Origin: an uncultured bacterium
GTDB lineage: Bacteria; Patescibacteriota; Minisyncoccia; Moranbacterales; UBA2206
Reading direction: 5' to 3'
Assembly (NCBI GenBank): GCA_903831805.1
Contig: CAIKZD010000009.1
Span: 8,786 to 72,785 of the forward strand
DNA: 64,000 nucleotides
Shown one piece after another: positions 10,512-19,273 of this stretch. Position 1 is the stretch's first letter. The number at the start of each line of letters is the position of its first letter. The position numbers and the translations under genes are program-made. The notes beneath the pieces are model-generated. The model ran no database searches and was not told where the DNA came from. It worked only from the letters and a program-made list of their open reading frames with translations.

Positions 10512-11759
10512 ATGCACATTCTTTCTCCTATAAAAATTTCCTACCGGTATCTGATGGCGGCCAAGTTCCGCTCTTTTTTAACGATTCTGGGGATCATTAT
10601 CGGAGTGGCGAGTGTCATAATCATTATGGCCATGGGACGTTCGGCGCAGGCGCTCATTTTGGATCAAGTGACGGGTATCGGGTCGAACCTACTAGGAGTT
10701 TTGCCAGGAGCTTCTGACGAAAAAAGTCCGCCACCGGCGGCGATGGGCATTGCCGTCACGACCTTGAAATACGGCGATCTGCAAGCGCTTAGGAATGGGC
10801 GCAATGTGCCGGAAGTGATTGATGCGGCCGGCTATGTCATTGGGACGGCTACCGCCGTCTATAACGGCACCAGCTTGAGCGCTTCTTTCGAAGGTACAAC
10901 GGCCAGCTATATTAATGTGGAAAATGCGGCGGTAGCCACGGGGCGTTTTTTCACTAAAGACGAAGAGATGGACATGTCGCGCGTGGCGGTGCTGGGGGAA
11001 AACGAAGCCAAGGATCTTTTTCTGGGAGCTTCGCCGCTTGGCAAAGTGATAAAGATAAAAGAAGAAAATTTCACGGTCATCGGCGTTCTGAAAAAAAGAG
11101 GTTCGAGTGGGTTTGGAGTGACCAGTCAGGATGATGCAATTTTTGTGCCACTTAGAACGGCCCAAAAAATTCTGCTTGGCATTGATCATCTGGGCTTTAT
11201 CCGTTTGAAAGTGAGCGATGCCAAATTTGTGCCGCAAGCCAAGGCGGAAGTGGCCACGACTCTGCGGGAACAACATCACATTACCGATCCGACCAATGAT
11301 GATTTTTCGGTGCGGGATATGGCTTCCGCCATCGAAATTATCACCCAAATCACCGACGTGCTCAGATATTTTCTCCTGGTGATCGGCGCGATTTCGCTTT
11401 TGGTCGGCGGCGTAGGGATTATGAATATTATGCTTTTGGCAGTCAGTCAACGGATTCGCGAAGTGGGGCTGCGGAAAGCGGTGGGAGCGCGGGACGCGGA
11501 TGTGCAAGTGCAATTTTTGATCGAGTCGGTTTTCATTTCCGGCCTCGGCGGCATCATTGGCATTCTGATTGGCATAGCCTTTTCCTTTTTAGTGGCGACG
11601 ATTATGCAGTATTTGCAATATACTTGGCCCTTCATCATTTCCTGGCAGTCTGTGGCGGCGGCCACGGCTGTGAGTGTGGGCATCGGCATTGTTTTTGGCA
11701 TTTATCCGGCTCGTAAGGCGGCCGAGATTTCTCCGATGGAAGCGCTGAGATACGAATAA
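10512..11759 (+). CDS. ABC transporter permease, MacB-like FtsX family
   Basis: N-terminal transmembrane helix, large periplasmic domain, C-terminal FtsX-like 3-helix transmembrane domain. Start moved to ATG 10512 (MHILSPIK) to avoid overlap with the ATPase. Confidence 0.75.
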   Translation: MHILSPIKISYRYLMAAKFRSFLTILGIIIGVASVIIIMAMGRSAQALILDQVTGIGSNLLGVLPGASDEKSPPPAAMGIAVTTLKYGDLQALRNGRNVPEVIDAAGYVIGTATAVYNGTSLSASFEGTTASYINVENAAVATGRFFTKDEEMDMSRVAVLGENEAKDLFLGASPLGKVIKIKEENFTVIGVLKKRGSSGFGVTSQDDAIFVPLRTAQKILLGIDHLGFIRLKVSDAKFVPQAKAEVATTLREQHHITDPTNDDFSVRDMASAIEIITQITDVLRYFLLVIGAISLLVGGVGIMNIMLLAVSQRIREVGLRKAVGARDADVQVQFLIESVFISGLGGIIGILIGIAFSFLVATIMQYLQYTWPFIISWQSVAAATAVSVGIGIVFGIYPARKAAEISPMEALRYE

Positions 11760-11763
11760 TTAT

Positions 11764-13014
11764 ATGACTTTTTTTGTTCCAATCAAACTGGCTTTTCGCA
11801 GCGTGCGTTCCAATATGGGTCGGACGATTTTGTCGCTCCTGGGGATTGTCATCGGGGTGGCGAGTGTCATTCTGGTTTTGTCTTTTGGCAGTGGCGTGAA
11901 ACAATTTTTAGTGGACCAAGTTTCTTCTTTCGGTTCGGATATAATTTCGGTGAAAATCAAAGTGCCAAAAGTGAGTAAGACTTCCACGCAGAACGCTAGT
12001 GGCATAATAGGCGGGACGCAAATCACCACCTTGAAATTGGCCGACGCAGAAAAAATTGCCAAGTTGCCCAATGTGGGGGCGTGGTATGCGTCGATTATGA
12101 GTCAGCAAGTAGTGAGTTATGCCAGCAAGAACAAACAGACACTTATCATGGGCGTGACTTCTGGGGTGACCGAAGCGGATCAGAAAACGGTCGTGGAAAC
12201 GGGGACGATGTTCAGTGATGATGATGACAAGAGTCTGCGCCAGGTGGCCGTTTTGGGGAGCGAAGTGAAGACGGATTTTTTTGGGGAGGCGGACGCCGTA
12301 GGCCAAGACATTAAGATCAAAGGGCAGAATTATCACGTGATCGGGGTTTTGAAAAAACGCGGGGCGACCGGGGTTTTCAATTTTGACAATACGATTTATG
12401 TGCCGCTAGAGACTACGCAAAAAAAATTAGCCGGCATTGATTATCTGGAATTTGCCATTTTCAAAATTCAGGATATGAAACAGCTGGACCTGACGATTTT
12501 GAATGCGACGGATGTGGTGCGCACCCAACATAAGATCACGGATCCGAATGATGATGATTTTTCTGTCAGTTCCATCGTGGAGGTGTTGAACATTTTAAAT
12601 AATGTTTTTTTCGCTATTAACATTTTGCTGTTGGCCTTGGTGTCAATCTCTCTGGTGGTCGGCGGTGTGGGAATCATGAATGTGATGTACGTGACCGTGA
12701 CCGAACGGACGTATGAGATTGGGCTCAAAAAATCAGTCGGAGCCCGGGATGGACAGATCCTGGCTCAGTTCCTCTTCGAAGCGGTTTTCATCACGCTCCT
12801 CGGCGGCCTCTTGGGATTTTTGCTCGGCTTTGGTATTTCCAAGTTCGGTGAAATTATCGCCGCCAATTTCGGCTATAGCTTGAGTTTTCCCGTCACCTGG
12901 TGGTCAGTGGCCATCGGCATCGGCTTCTCCGCCGGCACCGGCATCATCTTCGGCTATTTTCCGGCCAGGAAAGCTTCGCAACTAAGTCCGATGGAAGCCT
13001 TGCGGAAGGAATAG
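11764..13014 (+). CDS. ABC transporter permease, MacB-like FtsX family (second paralog)
   Basis: Same architecture as 10512..11759. Confidence 0.75.
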   Translation: MTFFVPIKLAFRSVRSNMGRTILSLLGIVIGVASVILVLSFGSGVKQFLVDQVSSFGSDIISVKIKVPKVSKTSTQNASGIIGGTQITTLKLADAEKIAKLPNVGAWYASIMSQQVVSYASKNKQTLIMGVTSGVTEADQKTVVETGTMFSDDDDKSLRQVAVLGSEVKTDFFGEADAVGQDIKIKGQNYHVIGVLKKRGATGVFNFDNTIYVPLETTQKKLAGIDYLEFAIFKIQDMKQLDLTILNATDVVRTQHKITDPNDDDFSVSSIVEVLNILNNVFFAINILLLALVSISLVVGGVGIMNVMYVTVTERTYEIGLKKSVGARDGQILAQFLFEAVFITLLGGLLGFLLGFGISKFGEIIAANFGYSLSFPVTWWSVAIGIGFSAGTGIIFGYFPARKASQLSPMEALRKE

Positions 13015-13068
13015 GTCCAATAGTATAAAAAAGTTATCCACAGGCAGACAATTTGTCAGAGTAGAATT

Positions 13069-15096
13069 ATGGTGGTAGAATATCATTATGATTATTTAAG
13101 CACAAAAAAAATGATACAAAAAACATTGCAAAAACTAGGTGCTGTTTTGAAAAAAGATGAACGGCTTTTGGCGGATGATGGTAAAATATTAAAAAACCAA
13201 GCTGTAGAATTAGTGAATAAGCTTGATGAGGGCTTAATTGATCTTTTAGCTAGCGACAAAGATCTTAAAAAAATATTTTTCAAGAAAATCGGCGAGATGA
13301 TGGTTTTTGACAAAGATTTGTTCATTGAATTTGTGAGCAATAAGGAATTTTTGCCGGATTCATATACGGCGTTCAAAAACAAAATCGGCTTTGAAATTGG
13401 TGGTCAATATTTGAAATCTCAAAAAGAGGTAGTTTTGGTGTGGCCGTATAAAGATTGCATCTTAGAAGGTGGTCAAACCAAAGAAGATGCCAAGCGCAAG
13501 GAAATTTTTTGGAATGAAACGCTGGCACCGGACGATGTCAATCGTTTGCTGGAGGCGAAAGTGCTCACGAATTGGAAAAGGTATGACAAAGACAATCTCA
13601 AAAACGGACATGTCGTCACGGAAATCAAAGACACCGACAATTTAATCATCAAAGGCAATAATCTTCTAGCGTTGCATTCACTCAAGAAACGTTTTGCCGG
13701 CAAAGTGAAACTGATTTACATTGATCCGCCCTACAACACCGGAAATGATAGCTTTGGCTATAATGATTCTTTCAATCATTCTACGTGGCTGACGTTTATG
13801 AAAAATCGGTTGGAAGTTGCGAGGGAGCTATTGTCAAATGATGGTAGTATATTTATTTCAATTAATCATTTAGAGCTGGGGTATCTGATGGTTTTGATGG
13901 ACGATATTTTTGGAATTGAAAATAAATTGCCAATAATAACATTGAAAGCTGGCACAACAGCAAGTTATAGGGCGATAAATGAGTGTCCTGTGAATGTCTC
14001 GGAGTATGTTTTATCGTATAGAAAATCTTCAAATTATGTTGCTAATAGAATTTATCGAGAAACTAAATATAGCGAAGATTATTCTTATTTTATAAAAAAT
14101 AAAAATGATAATTCCGAAAAATGGATTATCGAAAAAATTGACGATATTATTTATAAAAATAATAAGTGTGATAATTGGAAAGACTTTAAGGATAAATTTG
14201 GACCAACATGGAAAAATGACAGGCTTAAATTAAAAGAAAACTTTGCTTTAGAGAATTCTGATAAAGTAGTTAGTCTAAATACATTGCAAAAACCGTCGAA
14301 AGATGTGCAAATAATTATTGAGAAATCGAAAAACAATAGAAATAAAGTATTTTCTTATAAAAGAAGCGATAAGAATGATATCCATTGTTTTAATGGCAGA
14401 ACATTGGCTTTTTTATCATCTAAGTTTAAAAATATTAATGGAAAAAATGTTCTTGCGGAAATAGTAACAAATTTATGGGATGATATTTCTTTTCTTAGTC
14501 TTGGCTCAGAAGGTGGTGTTGATTTGATTAATGGTAAAAAGCCAGAAGCGTTGATTAAAAGAATTGTTGACATATCAACTTTAAAAAATGATGATATAGT
14601 ATTAGATTTTTTTGCTGGCGCAGGAACAACTGGCGCAGTGGCGCATAAAATGGGACGTAAATACATCCTGGTTGAGCAATTGGATTACATTCACGATCTT
14701 CCAGAATCTAGAATGAAAAAAGTCATCGAAGGCGAACAGGGTGGAATTTCCAAGGCAGTCAATTGGAAAGGTGGCGGGAGTTTTGTGTACACCGAGTTGA
14801 TGCCAGTCAATGAAAAGTTTGTGCGAGAAGTGGAAAATGTGAAAAACAAAAAAGAAGTTTCCGATCTTTGGAAAAGGATTGAGAGGAATGGATTTTTGAG
14901 TTATCGCGTGGACGAACAAAAATTCCACAAAAATGCCAAGGACTTTTCTGATTTGTCACTCGAAGAGCAAAAGAAATTCACTTTGGAATCACTGAACAAA
15001 AATATGCTGTACGTTCCGATTAATGAAATTGAGGACAGTAGTTATAAAGTTAGCAAAGATGATATTAAGTTGAATGAAGAGTTTTATGGGGAATAA
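13069..15096 (+). CDS. mod: Type III restriction-modification Mod subunit (N6-adenine DNA methyltransferase, beta class)
   Basis: IYIDPPYNTG (motif IV) precedes an AT-rich variable target-recognition region, then DFFAGAGTTG (motif I). Followed by Res helicase. Confidence 0.8.
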   Translation: MVVEYHYDYLSTKKMIQKTLQKLGAVLKKDERLLADDGKILKNQAVELVNKLDEGLIDLLASDKDLKKIFFKKIGEMMVFDKDLFIEFVSNKEFLPDSYTAFKNKIGFEIGGQYLKSQKEVVLVWPYKDCILEGGQTKEDAKRKEIFWNETLAPDDVNRLLEAKVLTNWKRYDKDNLKNGHVVTEIKDTDNLIIKGNNLLALHSLKKRFAGKVKLIYIDPPYNTGNDSFGYNDSFNHSTWLTFMKNRLEVARELLSNDGSIFISINHLELGYLMVLMDDIFGIENKLPIITLKAGTTASYRAINECPVNVSEYVLSYRKSSNYVANRIYRETKYSEDYSYFIKNKNDNSEKWIIEKIDDIIYKNNKCDNWKDFKDKFGPTWKNDRLKLKENFALENSDKVVSLNTLQKPSKDVQIIIEKSKNNRNKVFSYKRSDKNDIHCFNGRTLAFLSSKFKNINGKNVLAEIVTNLWDDISFLSLGSEGGVDLINGKKPEALIKRIVDISTLKNDDIVLDFFAGAGTTGAVAHKMGRKYILVEQLDYIHDLPESRMKKVIEGEQGGISKAVNWKGGGSFVYTELMPVNEKFVREVENVKNKKEVSDLWKRIERNGFLSYRVDEQKFHKNAKDFSDLSLEEQKKFTLESLNKNMLYVPINEIEDSSYKVSKDDIKLNEEFYGE

Positions 15097-15268
15097 AAAA
15101 ATTATAAATGTTTCCTCTGGAAATCAATCTGGCGGAGTTACGTCAGGAGAAATTAATAAGGAAACAAATATAAATCTTAATATTTGGAAAGAAAGATCAA
15201 AAGGTGGGTTTTTAGTTCTTGCTCTTGAGTTAATTATTTATATTATTAAAATTTATTTAAACAAATGA
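15074..15268 (+). CDS. small hypothetical protein (paralog of next ORF; shared N(V/I)xS(G/D)NQSGG(V/I)T(S/A)G motif)
   Basis: 64-aa ORF overlapping the mod 3' end. The real start may be the internal Met at 15086. Confidence 0.3.
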   Translation: MKSFMGNKKIINVSSGNQSGGVTSGEINKETNINLNIWKERSKGGFLVLALELIIYIIKIYLNK

Positions 15269-15615
15269 GTGAAGAAAAAATTTTTAATGTAACAAGCGAT
15301 AACCAAAGTGGTGGAATTACAGCAGGTATTGTAAATATTTTTCACAAATTGCGAATAGAGCTGACCGATGAAAATAAAAAACAATTAATAGAAAATTTAA
15401 ATGATAAGTCGGCTACTATTCATGTCTCATTGCAATCTGGAGGTGGAAGTGAAGTAGCTGGCCTGTCTCAGGAGATAATGAGTTTTCTGCTCGAGAGTGG
15501 ATATAAAAATATTTTAGGTGTACATACTATTATGGGATTTGCTCCATTTAAAGGTATGACTATAGAGAGAAAAACAGAGAGTGAGCTTGTTATTTTTATT
15601 GGCTCTTTAATTTAA
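15265..15615 (+). CDS. hypothetical protein
   Basis: 116-aa ORF. Its ATGA start overlaps the previous stop. AT-rich. Confidence 0.4.
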   Translation: MSEEKIFNVTSDNQSGGITAGIVNIFHKLRIELTDENKKQLIENLNDKSATIHVSLQSGGGSEVAGLSQEIMSFLLESGYKNILGVHTIMGFAPFKGMTIERKTESELVIFIGSLI

Positions 15616-15636
15616 AGAATAAAAGATTAAAAATAT

Positions 15637-16116
15637 ATGGCACAAAGATTTATTTATCCCAAAGAATTTATAAAAGACACTCTTATTGAAAAAATAGGTA
15701 AAATTATTCATGTTGATGCTTATCTATCTTTTTTATTAATATGTTCAGGAATTGAATTTTTAGGAAAGTGTATAGACTCAACTGAAAAATGGGAAGAGGG
15801 AAATAGCGGCGAACAATTTAAAACAGCAATTATAAAACTATTTCCAGATGGCTATCATAATTTAGTAAATGATTTATATAAAGACTTGCGATGTGGATTA
15901 GTTCACAGAATTATACCTGGATCAATATCATTAACTCAAAATGGAAATGATAATGATGGCGAAATACCATATAGATTGCATCCATACTTGAAAGATAATA
16001 AAAAAATTCTTGTTATCGAATATTTTTACTTTGATTTTGTGGAGGCTTGTAAAAAAGTTTTAGCTATGAATTTTAATGAAAATAAAATGACCAAGCCAAT
16101 GTTATCAGTTGGTTAA
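15637..16116 (+). CDS. hypothetical protein, possible HEPN-like (Rx4H: RCGLVHR)
   Basis: 159-aa ORF between mod and res. Confidence 0.4.
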   Translation: MAQRFIYPKEFIKDTLIEKIGKIIHVDAYLSFLLICSGIEFLGKCIDSTEKWEEGNSGEQFKTAIIKLFPDGYHNLVNDLYKDLRCGLVHRIIPGSISLTQNGNDNDGEIPYRLHPYLKDNKKILVIEYFYFDFVEACKKVLAMNFNENKMTKPMLSVG

Positions 16117-16121
16117 TATTT

Positions 16122-18788
16122 ATGCTTCACGAAGAATTTAACAGTACTAGGGATGTTGTTGAGAAGGACTATTTTGAGAAAAGAGTCCCTTCTTTTATCA
16201 TGGAAAATTTGACGGAACGGGCGGAGTTGCGTGAATATCAAAAAGAAGCCATTGGAAGATTTGCGTACTATCTCACAAAATATCCCAAAAAGAAAAAGCC
16301 GACGCATCTGCTTTTCAATATGGCCACTGGCTCCGGCAAAACTTTGATTATGGCGGCTGATATTTTGTATCTTTATGAAAAAGGCTATCGTAATTTCATT
16401 TTCTTCGTCAATAGTTCCAATATCATTGAAAAAACCAAAGAAAACTTTCTGAATCCATATTCCAATAAATATCTTTTTGCGAAAAATTTGAAATTCGGCG
16501 ACAAGGCTGTGAAGATCGCGCCGGTGGAAAATTTTGAAGCAGGGAATCTCGAAGATATAAACATTCTTTTTACCACGATTCAGGGATTGCATGTGCGACT
16601 CGGTAATCCCAAAGAAAATGCCATCACCTATGAAGATTTTGCGGAAAAGAAAATCGTGCTTTTGTCCGACGAGGCGCATCACATCAACACACTCACCAAA
16701 CTCAAAAAAAACGGACAGAAATCTCTGCTTGACGACGGAATTGGAAAGATCGAAGGTTTGAAAAAAGAAGAAGAAACGGAATTGCGTTCTTGGGAGGGAA
16801 CGGTGATGCGTATTTTGAATGCTAATAAGAATAATGTCTTGTTAGAATTTACTGCCACAATTGATTTGAAAAATCCGGGCATTGCCGAAAAATATGAGGA
16901 CAAGATAATTTTTGAATATAATTTGAAGCAATATCGCTTGGACGGATTTTCCAAAGAAATTGAAATTTTGGAAGCGGATCTATCTCGGATGAACCGCGCG
17001 CTGGTGGCGATCATTTTGTCACAGTATCGGATGAAGGTGGCGCAGAAACATAGAATTTTTTTGAAGCCCGTGGTGATGTTCAAGGCTAATCGCGTTAGTG
17101 TGCCCAAGAAAGCCAACGCAGAAGCGGTTGTCTCCAGTGAATTCAAAGAAGAATTCTTAGAGAAAGTGAAGAATTTGAAAGGCGACGACCTGAAACAATT
17201 GGGAAAGATTAAAAACGAAACTTTGCGGCGTGCTTTTGAGTTTTTCAAAGATAATGGAATCTCCTTGGGATCTTTAGCAAAAGAACTTCAAAATGATTTT
17301 ACAGAAGAAAAATGCATTTCCATTGATTCAAAAGATCAAAGCGAAAAAAATCAAATACTGGTTAATTCTTTGGAAGATCCTAGCAACGAAGTGCGCGCGG
17401 TTTTCGCGGTAGATGCTCTCAATGAAGGTTGGGATGTCTTAAATCTGTTTGATATCGTGCGGTTGTATAATTCAAGAGAACACAGACCCGGCAGTTATAC
17501 GATGGCGGAAGCGCAACTTATTGGCCGAGGCGCGCGATATTACCCATTTTCTATTAACGGGAATGGTGACAGATATTGCAGAAAATTTGATGAGGATGTG
17601 GAAAGCGAACTGCGCATTATTGAACAGCTCTATTATCACAGTGCTCAATATTCCGGTTATATTTCCGATATCACCAATGCTCTCATTCAAACAGGTATAA
17701 TGCCGGAGAAAAAAGTTGAGAGAGAAGTGAAAGTCAAAGACAGCTTCAAAAACACCGCCATGTGGAAAAATGGAATAATTTTTCTCAATGCACAAATTCC
17801 GGATGATCGTAGTGACGCAAAAAATTTGAAATCGGTAAATATCCCGCTCGAATACGAATATAATTTTGTAACAGGGCTTATCGAAGAACACGAAGTGCTT
17901 AGTGATAGACTGCAAATGAAAACGCAACCGGGGAATGTAGACATGAGAAAAATAAAACTCTTGAGTTTGAGTCGCAGTGTGGTTTGTGAAGCTATAAACC
18001 GTATTGATTTTTATAATTTCAAAAATATCAATCAATATTTTCCGCCGGCTGACTCAGCGGAGAAGTTTATTGATGAATATTTAAAGGATGTATCTGTGAA
18101 AGTTTCTGGTCCTAGAGATTTTCTAGATAATTTACAACAAGATGAAAAACTTGATATTGCGGTGAATGTTTTGGAACAAATATCTGTGAGCGCGCAAAAT
18201 ACAAAAAAGGAAAACATGGGATCTGTTGAATTTGGAGCGCACAAAATTTCAGATATTTTCAAAGACAAAATTTTGCAGATTGCCAGCGACAGCCCAAGAG
18301 CCAAGGAGATGGAGGAGATTGATTTGTCCGCGCGGAGCTGGTTCGCGCAAAATGAAATTTGGGGAACTGGAGAAGAAGAGTCTTTTTTGAAATTTTTTGA
18401 TGAGACAGCAGGAGACCTCAAGAAAAAATATGATCAAGTGGCGGTGATGCGAAATGAAAAACATTTCAAAATTTTCAACTTTGACGATGGCCAGCCATTT
18501 GAGCCGGACTTTGTTCTGCTTCTCAAGGAAAAGAAAACAAAAAAAGAATTACTCTGGCAAGTTTTCATTGAGCCAAAGGGCGATCAATTTTTGGATGAAG
18601 ATGGCGGATTTCAAAAAGGCAAGGAAGGCTGGAAAGAGAAATTTCTGTTGCAGATTGCCGATAAGTATAAATTGGATTTGGATAAATTCAAAATTGAAAA
18701 CAAAGATTTTAAATTGATTGGATTGCCTTTCTATAATGAAGGATTGAAAGAGAGATTCGAGGAAAGTTTTCATGAAATTGTTAAATAG
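16122..18788 (+). CDS. res: Type III restriction enzyme Res subunit (SF2 helicase-nuclease)
   Basis: 888 aa. Walker A ATGSGKT, DEAH box LLSDEAHH. Adjacent to Mod. Confidence 0.8.
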   Translation: MLHEEFNSTRDVVEKDYFEKRVPSFIMENLTERAELREYQKEAIGRFAYYLTKYPKKKKPTHLLFNMATGSGKTLIMAADILYLYEKGYRNFIFFVNSSNIIEKTKENFLNPYSNKYLFAKNLKFGDKAVKIAPVENFEAGNLEDINILFTTIQGLHVRLGNPKENAITYEDFAEKKIVLLSDEAHHINTLTKLKKNGQKSLLDDGIGKIEGLKKEEETELRSWEGTVMRILNANKNNVLLEFTATIDLKNPGIAEKYEDKIIFEYNLKQYRLDGFSKEIEILEADLSRMNRALVAIILSQYRMKVAQKHRIFLKPVVMFKANRVSVPKKANAEAVVSSEFKEEFLEKVKNLKGDDLKQLGKIKNETLRRAFEFFKDNGISLGSLAKELQNDFTEEKCISIDSKDQSEKNQILVNSLEDPSNEVRAVFAVDALNEGWDVLNLFDIVRLYNSREHRPGSYTMAEAQLIGRGARYYPFSINGNGDRYCRKFDEDVESELRIIEQLYYHSAQYSGYISDITNALIQTGIMPEKKVEREVKVKDSFKNTAMWKNGIIFLNAQIPDDRSDAKNLKSVNIPLEYEYNFVTGLIEEHEVLSDRLQMKTQPGNVDMRKIKLLSLSRSVVCEAINRIDFYNFKNINQYFPPADSAEKFIDEYLKDVSVKVSGPRDFLDNLQQDEKLDIAVNVLEQISVSAQNTKKENMGSVEFGAHKISDIFKDKILQIASDSPRAKEMEEIDLSARSWFAQNEIWGTGEEESFLKFFDETAGDLKKKYDQVAVMRNEKHFKIFNFDDGQPFEPDFVLLLKEKKTKKELLWQVFIEPKGDQFLDEDGGFQKGKEGWKEKFLLQIADKYKLDLDKFKIENKDFKLIGLPFYNEGLKERFEESFHEIVK

Positions 18789-18805
18789 TTTCAAAAATAA
18801 ATAAT

Positions 18806-18964
18806 ATGCCATTCGTAAAATTCCAACACAAAAGCCATGGCGTGATGACAACTACGCCGGAAAATTGGATTCAGTATGAACTTTTTGACGCGACGGATGA
18901 AAACGGCGATAGCATGCCGGTTTATAAGAGTGATTGCGAAAGTCCGAAATATATTGAGGAATAA
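18806..18964 (+). CDS. small acidic hypothetical protein (52 aa)
   Basis: ATG 18806 to TAA 18964, below the ORF-track length cutoff. Immediately followed by a 26-bp perfect palindrome. Confidence 0.25.
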   Translation: MPFVKFQHKSHGVMTTTPENWIQYELFDATDENGDSMPVYKSDCESPKYIEE

Positions 18965-18990
18965 TTTGCTACGTAGCATGCTACGTAGCA
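18965..18990. repeat. 26-bp perfect palindrome (TGCTACGTAGCA x2)
   Basis: ttgctacgtagcatgctacgtagcaa is self-complementary. Confidence 0.8.
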
Positions 18991-19039
18991 ATGTAAATGC
19001 ATCGGTTGATTTTTAACGTGTTTCTTGTTAAGCTGTTCT

Positions 19040-19170
19040 AACCAAACCAAGCAGAGACGAGAGACGTAAAGCACGGCCTTTCCGCTCGATCCAGAAACAT
19101 GACGTCCGGGAAGATAATATAGCCACCCGCGATCCAGTGCCTCTCTTGGTTTGGTTTTTATTTTTTTGAG
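19040..19170 (+). ncRNA. candidate structured RNA or MITE: 12-18-bp terminal stem (AACCAAACCAAG...CTTGGTTTGGTT) enclosing about 95 nt, followed by T-run
   Basis: Inverted repeat at 19040-19060 and 19136-19158, then ttttatttttttg. No convincing ORF. Confidence 0.25.
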
Positions 19171-19273
19171 CTGCACATTGACTTTTTATTGAAATACTAT
19201 ATAATAAAAGGCTTGGTTCATGTGAATTAAGTGGATAGTTCTTTCCCATAAATCTCAAAAAAAGGATATTGCA

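Noticed and set aside
13095-13110. A8 homopolymer near the 5' end of mod as a phase-variation tract
   Set aside because: Only 8 nt long, and in an A-rich codon context (Lys codons). Too short to argue for slipped-strand switching.
19040-19170. Identifying the terminal-stem element as SRP (4.5S) RNA
   Set aside because: I could not place the conserved domain IV motifs (GGAA tetraloop with AGG/AGCA internal loops) convincingly. It is left as an unassigned candidate ncRNA or MITE.
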